A DNA stretch of 63,960 bases, filler included, from Lama guanicoe (Eukaryota), in NCBI GenBank assembly GCA_013239625.1. It is 80 parts of 79 records of this genome, joined end to end, with 100 filler letters (N's around TTAATTAATTAA, not from the genome) between each part and the next. Parts side by side here need not be neighbours in the genome. Positions count along the whole stretch, not along the records: positions 37,479 to 38,644 come from MU054482.1; positions 38,745 to 39,494 come from PNXV01007821.1; positions 39,595 to 40,095 come from PNXV01007822.1; positions 40,196 to 40,919 come from PNXV01007827.1; positions 41,020 to 41,951 come from MU054487.1; positions 42,052 to 42,788 come from MU054488.1; positions 42,889 to 43,347 come from PNXV01007832.1; positions 43,448 to 43,682 come from MU054489.1; 72 more parts are not named here. The stretch is one strand, 5' to 3'. The first letter of the stretch is position 1. Each line of letters starts with the position of its first letter. The notes beneath the pieces are model-generated. The model was not told the origin of the DNA, searched no databases, and worked only from the letters and a program-made list of their open reading frames with translations. Below are positions 37,379-50,057 of the stretch, in pieces. The translations under genes were made by a program, and so were the position numbers.

Positions 37379-37478
37379 NNNNNNNNNNNNNNNNNNNNNN
37401 NNNNNNNNNNNNNNNNNNNNNNTTAATTAATTAANNNNNNNNNNNNNNNNNNNNNNNNNNNNNNNNNNNNNNNNNNNN

Positions 37479-37869
37479 TGTGTCCTCATTAGAGCTTGTT
37501 ACTCTTTTTCTGATTATAATCTATTGTAGTGAGTGTTAAGTGGTTTCTCCTAGTGGTTTTGACTTGATTTCCTTTAGAGCTAGTCTTATTGAACATTGTT
37601 TCATTGTGCTTATTGGCCATTTGTTTATTTTCCTTGAAAAATATGTTTTCAGATCCTTTATTCATTTTTTAATTGAGTTGTCCTTATATTGTTGAGCTGT
37701 GGAATTTTTTTTGTTTGTTTGAGATACAAATTCCTTATCAGATAAATGATTTGAAAAAATTTTCTCCTCTCTGTTGTTTTTCCACTTTCTGGATGGTGTC
37801 CTTTGAAGCAAAGTTTTAAATTTTAATGAACTCCAATTTATCTCTGTTTTCATTTTTCCTTGTGCTTTT
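37479..37869 (-). mobile_element. Old L1 ORF2 3' fragment
   Basis: 'gtggttttgacttgatttcc...gtgcttattggccatttgt...ccttatcagataaatgatttg...gtgtcctttgaagcaaagttttaaattttaatga'. Confidence 0.88.
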
Positions 37870-38744
37870 NNNNNNNNNNNNNNNNNNNNNNNNNNNNNNN
37901 NNNNNNNNNNNNNNNNNNNNNNNNNNNNNNNNNNNNNNNNNNNNNNNNNNNNNNNNNNNNNNNNNNNNNNNNNNNNNNNNNNNNNNNNNNNNNNNNNNNN
38001 NNNNNNNNNNNNNNNNNNNNNNNNNNNNNNNNNNNNNNNNNNNNNNNNNNNNNNNNNNNNNNNNNNNNNNNNNNNNNNNNNNNNNNNNNNNNNNNNNNNN
38101 NNNNNNNNNNNNNNNNNNNNNNNNNNNNNNNNNNNNNNNNNNNNNNNNNNNNNNNNNNNNNNNNNNNNNNNNNNNNNNNNNNNNNNNNNNNNNNNNNNNN
38201 NNNNNNNNNNNNNNNNNNNNNNNNNNNNNNNNNNNNNNNNNNNNNNNNNNNNNNNNNNNNNNNNNNNNNNNNNNNNNNNNNNNNNNNNNNNNNNNNNNNN
38301 NNNNNNNNNNNNNNNNNNNNNNNNNNNNNNNNNNNNNNNNNNNNNNNNNNNNNNNNNNNNNNNNNNNNNNNNNNNNNNNNNNNNNNNNNNNNNNNNTTAT
38401 TTTGCCAACCAATCAAACCAATCAAATAAAAACCCCGGTGTTGACACAGACTATAAGCCCTCCAGAATAGGGTCACTGTCTTACTTGTGTTTCATTTGTT
38501 GGGTCACAGTGTCTGGATAGTGCCTTGCTGTCCAGCAGTTTTGTGAGGATTTGGTGCTCATGAATCATTGTAAGGACAGAATTTTTACAACAGAATGTGT
38601 TGTTCATTTCACGAGGGAAAAGATAATATAGAAATTCTGCTCAGNNNNNNNNNNNNNNNNNNNNNNNNNNNNNNNNNNNNNNNNNNNNTTAATTAATTAA
38701 NNNNNNNNNNNNNNNNNNNNNNNNNNNNNNNNNNNNNNNNNNNN

Positions 38745-39494
38745 GGAGGTTCCACCAACGGTCGGCAGCGCGTCGGTTCTAACAGAATGCCTACGCTCGT
38801 CTCCCCTGATTGTTTTCCTACTGTCTCTGTGCCAGGGAATGCTAGGGGGGTTTGTAGGAAATCCCAGTGACAGAGGCTGCCTCCCCAAGGTCAGGGAAGC
38901 TCTTTCTCGGACTTCCCCGAACAGGGAACACCTGTGACTTCAGAGAGCTGCTTGGAGTTGTCCCTCGAGCTCCCGCACGCACTGACAGTGTTTACGGAAT
39001 CCTGAGCGTGTGGAGGTTCCACCAACGGTCGGCAGCGTGTGGGTTCTAACGGAGTGCCTACGCTCGTCTCCCCTGAGGGATTTCCAAATTTCTCTGTGCC
39101 AGGGAATGCTAGTGGGGATTGCAGGAAATCCCAGTGACAGAAGCTGACTCCACAAAGTCATGGAATGTATTTCTCGGACTTCCCCGAACAGGGAACACGT
39201 GTGACTGAAGAGAGCTGCGTGGAGTTGTCTCTCGAGCTCCCCCACGCACTGACAATGGTTCCGGAATCCTGAGCGTGGGGAGGTTCCACCAAAAACTTGG
39301 TTTCTAACGGAATGCCTAAGCTAGTCTCTCCTGGGTTTTTTCCTAATGTCTCTGTGCCAGGGAATGCTAGGTGGTTTTGCAGGCAATCCCAGTGACAGAG
39401 GCTGCCTCCCTCAGTTCAGGGAAGGTATTTCTCGGACTTCCACGTTCAGGAAACACCTTTGACTGAAGAGAGCTGCGTGGAGTTGTCTCTCGAG
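38745..39494 (-). repeat. ~267-bp satellite family A
   Basis: About 2.8 antisense monomers. Confidence 0.95.
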
Positions 39495-39594
39495 NNNNNN
39501 NNNNNNNNNNNNNNNNNNNNNNNNNNNNNNNNNNNNNNTTAATTAATTAANNNNNNNNNNNNNNNNNNNNNNNNNNNNNNNNNNNNNNNNNNNN

Positions 39595-40095
39595 TCGAGA
39601 GACAACTCCACGCAGCTCTCTTCAGTCACAGGTGTTCCCTACAAGGGGAAATCTGAGAAATACCTTCCCTGACCTTGGGGAGGCAGCATCTGTCACTGGG
39701 AATTCCTGCAAACCCCCCTAGCATTCCCTGGCACAGAGATATTAGGAAAACCCTCAGGGGAGACGAGCTTAGGCATTCCATTTGAACCCACGCACTGCCG
39801 ACCATTAGTGGTACCTCCCCACGCTCAGGATTCCGGAACCATTGTCAGTGCGTGGGGGAGCTCGAGAGACAACTCCACGCAGCTAGTGTTCCCTGTAAGG
39901 GGAAGACCGAGATATAACTTTCCTGACCTTGGGGAGGCAGCCTCTGCCACTGGGACTTCCTTCAAACCCCCCTAGCATTCCCTGGCACAGAGACATTAGG
40001 AAAAGCATCAGGGGAGACTAGCATTGCAATTCCGTTAGATCCCATACGCTCCCGACCGTTGGTGGAACCTCCCCAAGCTCAGGATTCCGGAACCA
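39595..40095 (+). repeat. ~267-bp satellite family A
   Basis: About 2 monomers; the second has a short deletion ('acgcagct|agtgttccc'). Confidence 0.95.
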
Positions 40096-41019
40096 NNNNN
40101 NNNNNNNNNNNNNNNNNNNNNNNNNNNNNNNNNNNNNNNTTAATTAATTAANNNNNNNNNNNNNNNNNNNNNNNNNNNNNNNNNNNNNNNNNNNNACACC
40201 CTTCACTGCCTACTGTGTCAGTTCTAGTAAAACCCAATTTCTTCGAAAGCCGTCCACCCTGGACACTCTCCAGTGTCCTCCCCAGCAGGGGCACCTTCCA
40301 CCCTGGACCACACAGGGCATTCTCCCCGGGTCCCCACACCAAAAGCCTCCAGGCCCCTGCCTGGGCTGCACCTGCGACCTGAGCCACATTCTTGACTTCT
40401 TCTCCTGGCAGACACTTACTCTGTCCTCACAACTGAATGTAGGGCCCATTTCTTCCAGGAAGTCCTCTCTGATAATGTCCTTTAGGGCTTGGCTGGGCTC
40501 CATCTATAGCAGCAGTACATGGTGACCAACAGGGTGTTAGCACGCTTCTTTGAGACCACGAAATCTTTGGGGCCATGTGGGAAGGAGTGAGAGATTACAA
40601 GAGGGGTGGGGGAAGCAAAAAGCAAAAATCACAGCCCAAGTCCCAAATTCAAGGATACTTTCTCAGAAAAAAGTATAAACTCTTTCACACTTGTGCAATT
40701 TGGCTACTATTTTTATGGCTTGTTGACAGCATGGGTTTGGTGTTCTAGTCCAAAGCCCAGATTACATGCAAAGAAATGTATCTATTCATATCCAAAGGAA
40801 AATATTCATATCGAAACCAGAGCTGCTTAACAACAGTTTGCAGTTAGAACTGAAAGAAACTTTGATAAATGCAATCTCTCTCTCTCTCTCTTCTTTCTTT
40901 TCTGGCATCATATAATTTTNNNNNNNNNNNNNNNNNNNNNNNNNNNNNNNNNNNNNNNNNNNNTTAATTAATTAANNNNNNNNNNNNNNNNNNNNNNNNN
41001 NNNNNNNNNNNNNNNNNNN

Positions 41020-41951
41020 GTTGCATGAAAAATGTTCGGAATACGGAATGCCTTGGTTATGTAAATAAAGTAAATTACATATGTATTTTTGAGAATACGC
41101 TCCAAGTGGTTTTTCTGGTGCCAAATGTCCGATATTAGAACCTGGTGATACATAAATCCAATGAAGTCAGATTAAATATTTTAAACTGTATATATGCCTT
41201 ATTAGGTGGATGAAAGGTCAGTAATCCACATGCTGAGATCTCAGAAACACATGTTTTCTGAATGCGTCATGCATGTAGCATGTACGGAACCCGGAATNNN
41301 NNNNNNNNNNNNNNNNNNNNNNNNNNNNNNNNNNNNNNNNNNNNNNNNNNNNNNNNNNNNNNNNNNNNNNNNNNNNNNNNNNNNNNNNNNNNNNNNNNNN
41401 NNNNNNNNNNNNNNNNNNNNNNNNNNNNNNNNNNNNNNNNNNNNNNNNNNNNNNNNNNNNNNNNNNNNNNNNNNNNNNNNNNNNNNNNAACTCAGGAATG
41501 CATGTTTCTCGAATCCGTCATGCATATAGCATTTCCGGAACACAGAATATCATGTAGATGGAATCTATTCAATTTACAAATCTCTAGGGTAGAATTCGCA
41601 TCAAGAGAGTTTTTCTGGGATGAAAGTGTGATTCTTGAACCTTGTGATAGGAAGAAGCTCCGAAGTCCAAGTTAATATTTCAAAGTGCATACGTAAATTG
41701 TTTGGTGTTTGAAACATCATTCATGCGCATGTTCACAGCCAAGAAATGCATGTTTGCGAATCCGTGAGAATGAAACATGTTCTGTATACGGAATTCCATG
41801 ATAAGGTAAACAATGTAAATTACATGTGTATTGGTGAGAATCGCTCAAAGAGTGTTTTCTGAGGCCAAATCTCCGATTTTAGAACCTGGAGATAAAAATA
41901 ACCTATGAAGTCAGTGTAAATAATTCTAAGTGTCTATATGCCTTGTTTGGT
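41020..41951 (+). repeat. AT-rich ~248-bp satellite with divergent monomers
   Basis: 'gcatg' anchor at 41023/41271 and 'aatgcatgttt' at 41497/41745 (both 248 bp apart). 41020-41205 aligns with 41766-41951. Confidence 0.85.
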
Positions 41952-42051
41952 NNNNNNNNNNNNNNNNNNNNNNNNNNNNNNNNNNNNNNNNNNNNTTAAT
42001 TAATTAANNNNNNNNNNNNNNNNNNNNNNNNNNNNNNNNNNNNNNNNNNNN

Positions 42052-42788
42052 TATATATTGTAGAACACAGAATATAGAATATGGGAAACAGAATACAGAA
42101 ACAAGAAACTAGAGCATGGAATGCAGGACACAGAATTTAGAGTATAGAATACAGAATAATGAATATAGAATTTAGAATATAGAATGTAGAAAACAGAATA
42201 TATAATATAGAATAGAGAATATATAACACAGAATTTAGAACATGAAACGCAGAACACAGAATTTAGAATATAGAATACAGAATACTGAATATAGAATTTC
42301 GAATATAGAATGTAGAACACAGAATATAGAATAGAGAAAAGAGAATATATAACCCAGAATTCAGANNNNNNNNNNNNNNNNNNNNNNNNNNNNNNNNNNN
42401 NNNNNNNNNNNNNNNNNNNNNNNNNNNNNNNNNNNNNNNNNNNNNNNNNNNNNNNNNNNNNNNNNNNNNNNNNNNNNNNNNNNNNNNNNNNNNNNNNNNN
42501 NNNNNNNNNNNNNNNNNNNNNNNNNNNNNNNNNNNNNNNNNNNNNNNNNNNNNNNNNNNNNNNNNAGAATATAGAACACAGAACTTAGAACATGGAATGC
42601 AGAACTCAGAATTTAGAATATACAATACAGAATAATGAATATAGAATTTAGAATATAGAATGTAGAACAAAGAATATAGTATATAGAATACGGAATGCAG
42701 AATATATATTGTAGAATAAAGAATAAATAACACAAAATTTAGAAAATAGAATAGAGAATATAGAAGCCAGAATTTAGAACAAGGAATT
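42052..42788 (+). repeat. Heptamer satellite with a 126-bp (18x7) higher-order unit
   Basis: Marker 'catg(g/a)aa' at 42115 and 42241, with the same ordered series of heptamer variants after each. Confidence 0.95.
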
Positions 42789-42888
42789 NNNNNNNNNNNN
42801 NNNNNNNNNNNNNNNNNNNNNNNNNNNNNNNNTTAATTAATTAANNNNNNNNNNNNNNNNNNNNNNNNNNNNNNNNNNNNNNNNNNNN

Positions 42889-43347
42889 ATGGAATACTGT
42901 TAAAGCAGGCTTAAGAGTGAAGTTCATAGTGACAAGGTCATCCTCAAATTTGAAGAACAATTTCAAATATATAATCAAACGTTCTATGTAAACAAATCAG
43001 GAAAAGAAGAACAAACAAAATCAAAAGTCAAAAGAAAGAAGGAAAAAATAAAGATCAAGGAAGAAATAATTGAAATAGAGATTAAAAAATAGAAAAATCA
43101 ATCAAACTTTTTTGAAATAGCAAACAAAATTGACAAAACTCTGGACAGACTCACCAACAAGAAAAGAGAACTCACCAACAAGAAAAGAGAGAGAACACAA
43201 ACAATATAAGAAATGAAAAAGTAGAAACTACAAATAGAACAACAAATTTACAAAATATCATAAGGGAATACCATGAGCAACTGTGTGGAAATAAACTTGA
43301 TAACCAGGAAGAAATGGAGAAGTTTTTGGAAAGATTCAGCCCACAAA
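42889..43347 (+). mobile_element. Decayed L1 ORF2 (EN-RT linker) with a 21-bp tandem duplication
   Basis: 'aaacaaaattgacaaaactctggacagactcaccaac'; 'actcaccaacaagaaaagaga' is duplicated at 43149-43190. Confidence 0.9.
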
Positions 43348-43782
43348 NNNNNNNNNNNNNNNNNNNNNNNNNNNNNNNNNNNNNNNNNNNNTTAATTAAT
43401 TAANNNNNNNNNNNNNNNNNNNNNNNNNNNNNNNNNNNNNNNNNNNNCCAGCCCAGGGGAGTTCCGAAACACCGCATCGCTATCAGGTCCAGCATCACTG
43501 CAGAGTGGCCCCTGTCCCTGAATGTCCCCCTTCCCTGGGCCTTCCCTGCCCCGACATGACCACACACCAGGTGGTGCTGGGGAAGGCAGGGAGTGCAGTG
43601 AGGGGTGGGAGGAGCAGAGCCCCTTGCTCTGGAGTGAGGATTCTTGGGGAGACCACAGAGCAAGGCACAAACCACCCCCACCNNNNNNNNNNNNNNNNNN
43701 NNNNNNNNNNNNNNNNNNNNNNNNNNTTAATTAATTAANNNNNNNNNNNNNNNNNNNNNNNNNNNNNNNNNNNNNNNNNNNN

Positions 43783-44198
43783 AGGAACTTCACACCGGCA
43801 CTAGGAAAGAGACTGAGAAACCAGAGTAAGTCTTTCCCCTGCAACTTGTTCCCCTTGTGCTAGATGAACGAACGTCTCTCCACATGCTCAGTTTTGAGGG
43901 TTAAGCGTGTGTGAAAGCCGTCCTTCACCTAGCTTGTTGGGAACACAAAGTTTCTCTTCAGTTGCAGAGCCCACCCTATACATATATATGGCGTGGTTCA
44001 TGCTCCAACTCTGTTTTACAGTAAAAATTGCATGAACTTCAAACCGGCACTAGGAAAAAGACTGGGAAACCAGAGTAATTGTTTCTCCTGCAACCAGTTC
44101 CCTTTGTGCTAGATGAACGAACCTCTCTCCACATGCTCAATTTTGAGAGTTAACCGTGTGTGAAAGCAGTACTTCATCTAGCTTGTTGGGAACACAAA
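43783..44198 (-). repeat. ~248-bp satellite family B
   Basis: 'ggcactaggaaa' at 43797 and 44046 (period 249). Confidence 0.95.
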
Positions 44199-44298
44199 NN
44201 NNNNNNNNNNNNNNNNNNNNNNNNNNNNNNNNNNNNNNNNNNTTAATTAATTAANNNNNNNNNNNNNNNNNNNNNNNNNNNNNNNNNNNNNNNNNNNN

Positions 44299-45075
44299 TA
44301 TTTCTCGGACTTCCCCCGGACCGGGAAGACCTGTGACTGAAGAGAGAAGCGTGCAGTTGTCTCTCGAGCTCCCACACGCAGTGATTATGTTTCCGGAATC
44401 CTGAGCGTGGGGAGGTTCCAGCAAAGGTCAGCTGCACGTGCGTTCAAAAGGATTGCTTAGCTCGTCTACCCTGAAGGTTTTCCTAAGATCTGTCTGCCAG
44501 GGAATGCTAGGATTCTGCGCTGGAATGCCCAGGGTCAGCAGCAGCCATCCCAANNNNNNNNNNNNNNNNNNNNNNNNNNNNNNNNNNNNNNNNNNNNNNN
44601 NNNNNNNNNNNNNNNNNNNNNNNNNNNNNNNNNNNNNNNNNNNNNNNNNNNNNNNNNNNNNNNNNNNNNNNNNNNNNNNNNNNNNNNNNNNNNNNNNNNN
44701 NNNNNNNNNNNNNNNNNNNNNNNNNNNNNNNNNNNNNNNNNNNNNNNNNNNNNNNNNNNNNNNNNNNNNNNNNNNNNNNNNNNNNNNNNNNNNNNNNNNN
44801 NNNNNNNNNNNNNNNNNNNNNNNNNNNNNNNNNNNNNNNNNNNNNNNNNNNNNNNNNNNNNNNNNNNNNNNNNNNNNNNNNNNNNNNNNNNNNNNNNNNN
44901 NNNNNNNNNNNNNNNNNNNNNNNNNNNNNNNNNNNNNNNNNNNNNNNNNNNNNNNNNNNNNNNNNNNNNNNNNNNNNNNNNNNNCAAAACTTGTCTCCCC
45001 TGAGTGTTTTCTTAATGTCTGGCTGGCAGTGAATGCTGGGGGTCTGCGCTGGCATGCCCAGTGTCCGGGGCTGCC
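44299..45075 (-). repeat. Family A satellite, more diverged monomers
   Basis: 'ttccggaatcctgagcgtggggaggttcca', with variant flanks ('ggaatgcccagggtcagcagcagcc'). Confidence 0.9.
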
Positions 45076-45721
45076 NNNNNNNNNNNNNNNNNNNNNNNNN
45101 NNNNNNNNNNNNNNNNNNNTTAATTAATTAANNNNNNNNNNNNNNNNNNNNNNNNNNNNNNNNNNNNNNNNNNNNGTTTGTGTGTATATATACATTCAAA
45201 AATTATATATGTGTATAATACTTTGTAAATTAATTTATTTTTCCCTCACAATTATTTTAAAGTATTAATTTTTTCTATTTTTTGAAATATTTAGTGTCCA
45301 AAATAGAGTTCTCCATCCAGAATATTTTTATTCTACACTGTGACAGAATACCATTTTTGAAAGAAAAATCCCCAATCCCACAATATATCTAGGGTGTATG
45401 AAGGCTGGGTGATTCTCAGTTGGGCTAAAAGATATCATCTTCTTAGTTACCAGATGACATCCATTATTGTGCCATTCATATCCAGACATTTATTTGTCTT
45501 AAATCAAACTCAAATGTCACATGCATAAATTTAACACTTTGTTTCAATTCTATTTTAGTTTAGTGCTATACATTTTATTAGGAAGAAAAATAACTCATTT
45601 CATTTCATTCAGATTGTTGGCNNNNNNNNNNNNNNNNNNNNNNNNNNNNNNNNNNNNNNNNNNNNTTAATTAATTAANNNNNNNNNNNNNNNNNNNNNNN
45701 NNNNNNNNNNNNNNNNNNNNN

Positions 45722-46483
45722 TTTTTGTCTTTTAATATTTTAATCTATGTATTAGGTTATTTAATAGTTGATCCACAGCCTTTAATAGTGGGATTTTTCC
45801 CTTCTTATACTTTATTCATTCTTACTGTTGCCTTTTCTTTTTCACTTAAAGAATATCCATTAATATTTCTCATAAGGTCTGTTTAGTAGTCATGAACTCT
45901 TTTAGCTTTGGTCTGACAACCTCTATCTCTCCATCAGTTGTGCATAATAGCCTTGCTGGGTAGAGTATTCAACTTTGCAGGGCTTTTCCCTCCTTTCAGC
46001 ATTTTAAACATATCATGCTGCCCTCTTCTGGCCTGCAATGTGTCTGCAGAAAAATCAGCTGACAGTCTTCTGGGGATTCCCTATAATTGACTCTTTGTTT
46101 TCCTCTTGCTGCCTTTAGAAGTCTCTCTTTATCTTTAACTTCTGCCGTTTCACTTATGTTATGTCCGGGTGTGAGTCCCTTTGTATTCTCTTGTTTGGAA
46201 CCCTCTGTGCTTCCTGGATGTCTGTTTCCTTCTTCAGCATCAGGGAGTTTTCAGTCATCATTTCATCAAATATGTTTTTGACATTTTGACCCTCTCTCTC
46301 CTCTTCTTCGGGGGTCCCTATAATTTTAATGTTGGTATGCACGATGTCCTAGAGGTCCCTTAAACTGCTCTCCTTTTTAAAAATTTGTTGGTTGTTTTGT
46401 TTTGTTTTCGCTGTTTTGATAGGGTTGTTTCCATTACTGTACCTCCCACATAACTGACACGATTTCCCGTGTCACCTAATCTG
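45722..46483 (-). mobile_element. LINE-1 ORF1 remnant
   Basis: Translates as HTNIKIIGTPEEEERE...NIFDEMMTEN...DIQEAQRVPNK (ORF1p RRM region). Confidence 0.93.
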
Positions 46484-46583
46484 NNNNNNNNNNNNNNNNN
46501 NNNNNNNNNNNNNNNNNNNNNNNNNNNTTAATTAATTAANNNNNNNNNNNNNNNNNNNNNNNNNNNNNNNNNNNNNNNNNNNN

Positions 46584-47115
46584 GGCTATATTTCCCTGTG
46601 CTGTATGATACAGCCCTGTAACCTATCCATTTAATACGTAGTACTTTTTACCTCTCAATCCCCTACCCACTTCCTGCCTCCCCTCTTCTCCTTCTCCCCA
46701 TTGGTAACCACCAGTCTGTTCTGTGTACCTGTGAGTCTATTTCTGTTTTATTATAGTCATTAATTTGTTTTATTTTTTAGATATACATATAAGTTAATAC
46801 ATAGAATATTTGTTTTTCTTTCTCTGACTTATTTCACTTAGCATAATACCCTGTAGGTCCATCCATGTTATTGAGTTATTGCAAATGGCATTATTTTATT
46901 TTTTTAATGGCTGAACAGTATTCCATTTGTGTGGGTGTTCATGTGTATATATGCGTGTGTATATATATGTATACATGTATATATACATATATATATATAT
47001 ATAATATACCACAACTTCTTTATGCAGTCATCTGTCAGTGACCATTTGGGTTGTTTCAGTGTCTTTGCTATTTTATATAGTGCTGCTGTGAACATTGGGG
47101 TGCATGTGTCTTTTT
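46584..47115 (-). mobile_element. L1 ORF2 end and 3' UTR
   Basis: Translates as MFTAALYKIAKTLKQPKW; also 'ctctgacttatttcacttagcataatac'. Confidence 0.92.
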
Positions 47116-47215
47116 NNNNNNNNNNNNNNNNNNNNNNNNNNNNNNNNNNNNNNNNNNNNTTAATTAATTAANNNNNNNNNNNNNNNNNNNNNNNNNNNNN
47201 NNNNNNNNNNNNNNN

Positions 47216-48071
47216 AGAATGTAAAACACAGAAAAGAGAATATAGAATACAGAATGCAGAATATTGAATGTAGAATATAGAGTGAAGAATACAAAATATA
47301 GAATATAGAATAGAGAATGTACAACTCAGAAATTAGATCATGGAATGTAGAACATAGAATTTAGAATATAGATTACAAAATACTGAGTATAGAATTTAGA
47401 ATATATAATGTAGAACACAGAATTTATNNNNNNNNNNNNNNNNNNNNNNNNNNNNNNNNNNNNNNNNNNNNNNNNNNNNNNNNNNNNNNNNNNNNNNNNN
47501 NNNNNNNNNNNNNNNNNNNNNNNNNNNNNNNNNNNNNNNNNNNNNNNNNNNNNNNNNNNNNNNNNNNNNNNNNNNNNNNNNNNNNNNNNNNNNNNNNNNN
47601 NNNNNNNNNNNNNNNNNNNNNNNNNNNNNNNNNNNNNNNNNNNNNNNNNNNNNNNNNNNNNNNNNNNNNNNNNNNNNNNNNNNNNNNNNNNNNNNNNNNN
47701 NNNNNNNNNNNNNNNNNNNNNNNNNNNNNNNNNNNNNNNNNNNNNNNNNNNNNNNNNNNNNNNNNNNNNNNNNNNNNNNNNNNNNNNNNNNNNNNNNNNN
47801 NNNNNNNNNNNNNNNNNNNNNNNNNNNNNNNNNNNNNNNNNNNNNNNNNNNNNNNNNNNNNGAATACAAAATGCTGAAAATAGAATTTAGAATATACAAT
47901 GTAGAACACAGAATTTAGAATATAGAAAAGAGAATATAGAACCCAGAATTTACAACATGGAATGCATAACACAGAATTTCCAATATAGTATACAGAATAC
48001 TTAATAAACAATTAAAAATAACTGAATGTAGAACACGGAATATAGAATAAAGGATACATAATACTGAAAAT
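47216..48071 (+). repeat. Heptamer satellite
   Basis: Tandem AGAATAT-type 7-mers on both sides of an N gap. Confidence 0.95.
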
Positions 48072-48171
48072 NNNNNNNNNNNNNNNNNNNNNNNNNNNNN
48101 NNNNNNNNNNNNNNNTTAATTAATTAANNNNNNNNNNNNNNNNNNNNNNNNNNNNNNNNNNNNNNNNNNNN

Positions 48172-49107
48172 GTTTGTGTGGACCTTTTAGGGTTTTCTAT
48201 ATTAAGTATCGTGTCATCTGTATATAATGACACTTTTACCCCTTCTTTTCCAGTTTAGACCCCTTTTACTTCTCTTACTTGCCTGATTGTTGTGGACAGG
48301 ATTTCCAAGACTATGTTGAATAGGAGTGGTGATAGTGGGCATCCTTGTCTTGTCCCAGATTTTAGTGGGAAGGTTTTGAGTTTTTCACCATTGAGTGCTA
48401 TGCTGGCTGTAGGTTTGTCATATATAGCTTTTATGATGTTGAGATANNNNNNNNNNNNNNNNNNNNNNNNNNNNNNNNNNNNNNNNNNNNNNNNNNNNNN
48501 NNNNNNNNNNNNNNNNNNNNNNNNNNNNNNNNNNNNNNNNNNNNNNNNNNNNNNNNNNNNNNNNNNNNNNNNNNNNNNNNNNNNNNNNNNNNNNNNNNNN
48601 NNNNNNNNNNNNNNNNNNNNNNNNNNNNNNNNNNNNNNNNNNNNNNNNNNNNNNNNNNNNNNNNNNNNNNNNNNNNNNNNNNNNNNNNNNNNNNNNNNNN
48701 NNNNNNNNNNNNNNNNNNNNNNNNNNNNNNNNNNNNNNNNNNNNNNNNNNNNNNNNNNNNNNNNNNNNNNNNNNNNNNNNNNNNNNNGATTGTGGCTGAA
48801 TGAGTTTGGGAATATTCCTGCTTTTCAATCTTCTGGAAGAGTTTGAGAAGGACTTGTATGAGTTCTTCTTTGTATGTGTGGTCGAATTCCCTGGTGAAGC
48901 TGTCCAATCCAAGACTTTTATTCCTAGGGAGGTTTTTTTTTTTATTGTTAATTCGATTTCAATCCTAGTGATTGGTTTGGTCAAGTGTCAGTTTCTTCTT
49001 GATTCAGTCTTGCTGGACTGTATGTTTGCAGAAACTTATCCATCTCCTCTAGGTTATTCATTTTTTTTCCATGTAGTTTTCCATGATATCCTCATATGAT
49101 ATTCTGT
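48172..49107 (-). mobile_element. LINE-1 ORF2 (RT region)
   Basis: DSFTREFDHTYKEELIQVLLKLFQKIE; 'ctatgttgaataggagtggtgatagtgggcatccttgtcttgt'. Confidence 0.95.
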
Positions 49108-49207
49108 NNNNNNNNNNNNNNNNNNNNNNNNNNNNNNNNNNNNNNNNNNNNTTAATTAATTAANNNNNNNNNNNNNNNNNNNNNNNNNNNNNNNNNNNNN
49201 NNNNNNN

Positions 49208-50057
49208 GGAACAGAAGTGTTGAGAGTAGGAATCCTTCTGTTTTTCCCGAAATTACTCAGAAGTCTTTAGTCTTTCCCCTGAGTGTTAAAATTTATTATA
49301 TATGGCCTTTAGTAAGTTGAGAGATTTTCCTAATGTAATCACTTTCATGAGACTTCTGATCATGAATGTATGTTGAATTTTGTCTAATGGTTTTTCTGTG
49401 TGTATTGACATGGCCCTGTGAATTTTGTCCTTCCTTTATTAAAAATGAGTCATGCTGATTGACTNNNNNNNNNNNNNNNNNNNNNNNNNNNNNNNNNNNN
49501 NNNNNNNNNNNNNNNNNNNNNNNNNNNNNNNNNNNNNNNNNNNNNNNNNNNNNNNNNNNNNNNNNNNNNNNNNNNNNNNNNNNNNNNNNNNNNNNNNNNN
49601 NNNNNNNNNNNNNNNNNNNNNNNNNNNNNNNNNNNNNNNNNNNNNNNNNNNNNNNNNNNNNNNNNNNNNNNNNNNNNNNNNNNNNNNNNNNNNNNNNNNN
49701 NNNNNNNNNNNNNNNNNNNNNNNNNNNNNNNNNNNNNNNNNNNNNNNNNNNNNNNNNNNNNNNNNNNNNNNNNNTAGATTTTATTTATACTGATTGCTCT
49801 TTTCAAGTTTTCTGTTTTCTCTTTATTCAGTTTTGGCAGGTTGTACGATTCAAGAAATTTTCTATTTCTTTAAGGTCGTCGAGTTGTTTGTCACGTAACT
49901 GCTCAGAGTGCTTACATAATCTGTGCTTGTATTTCTGTAATATCAGATGTTATTTTTACTGTTTCATTTATTATTTTGTATAGGCCCACTCTCTGTATTT
50001 CTTGATATGCCTGATTAAGTGCTTATCAATTTGTTAATATATTTAAGAAAAAATAAA
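49208..50057 (-). mobile_element. Heavily decayed L1 ORF2
   Basis: 'gaagtgttgagagtaggaatccttctg...atgttgaattttgtctaatggtttttctgtg'. Confidence 0.8.
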
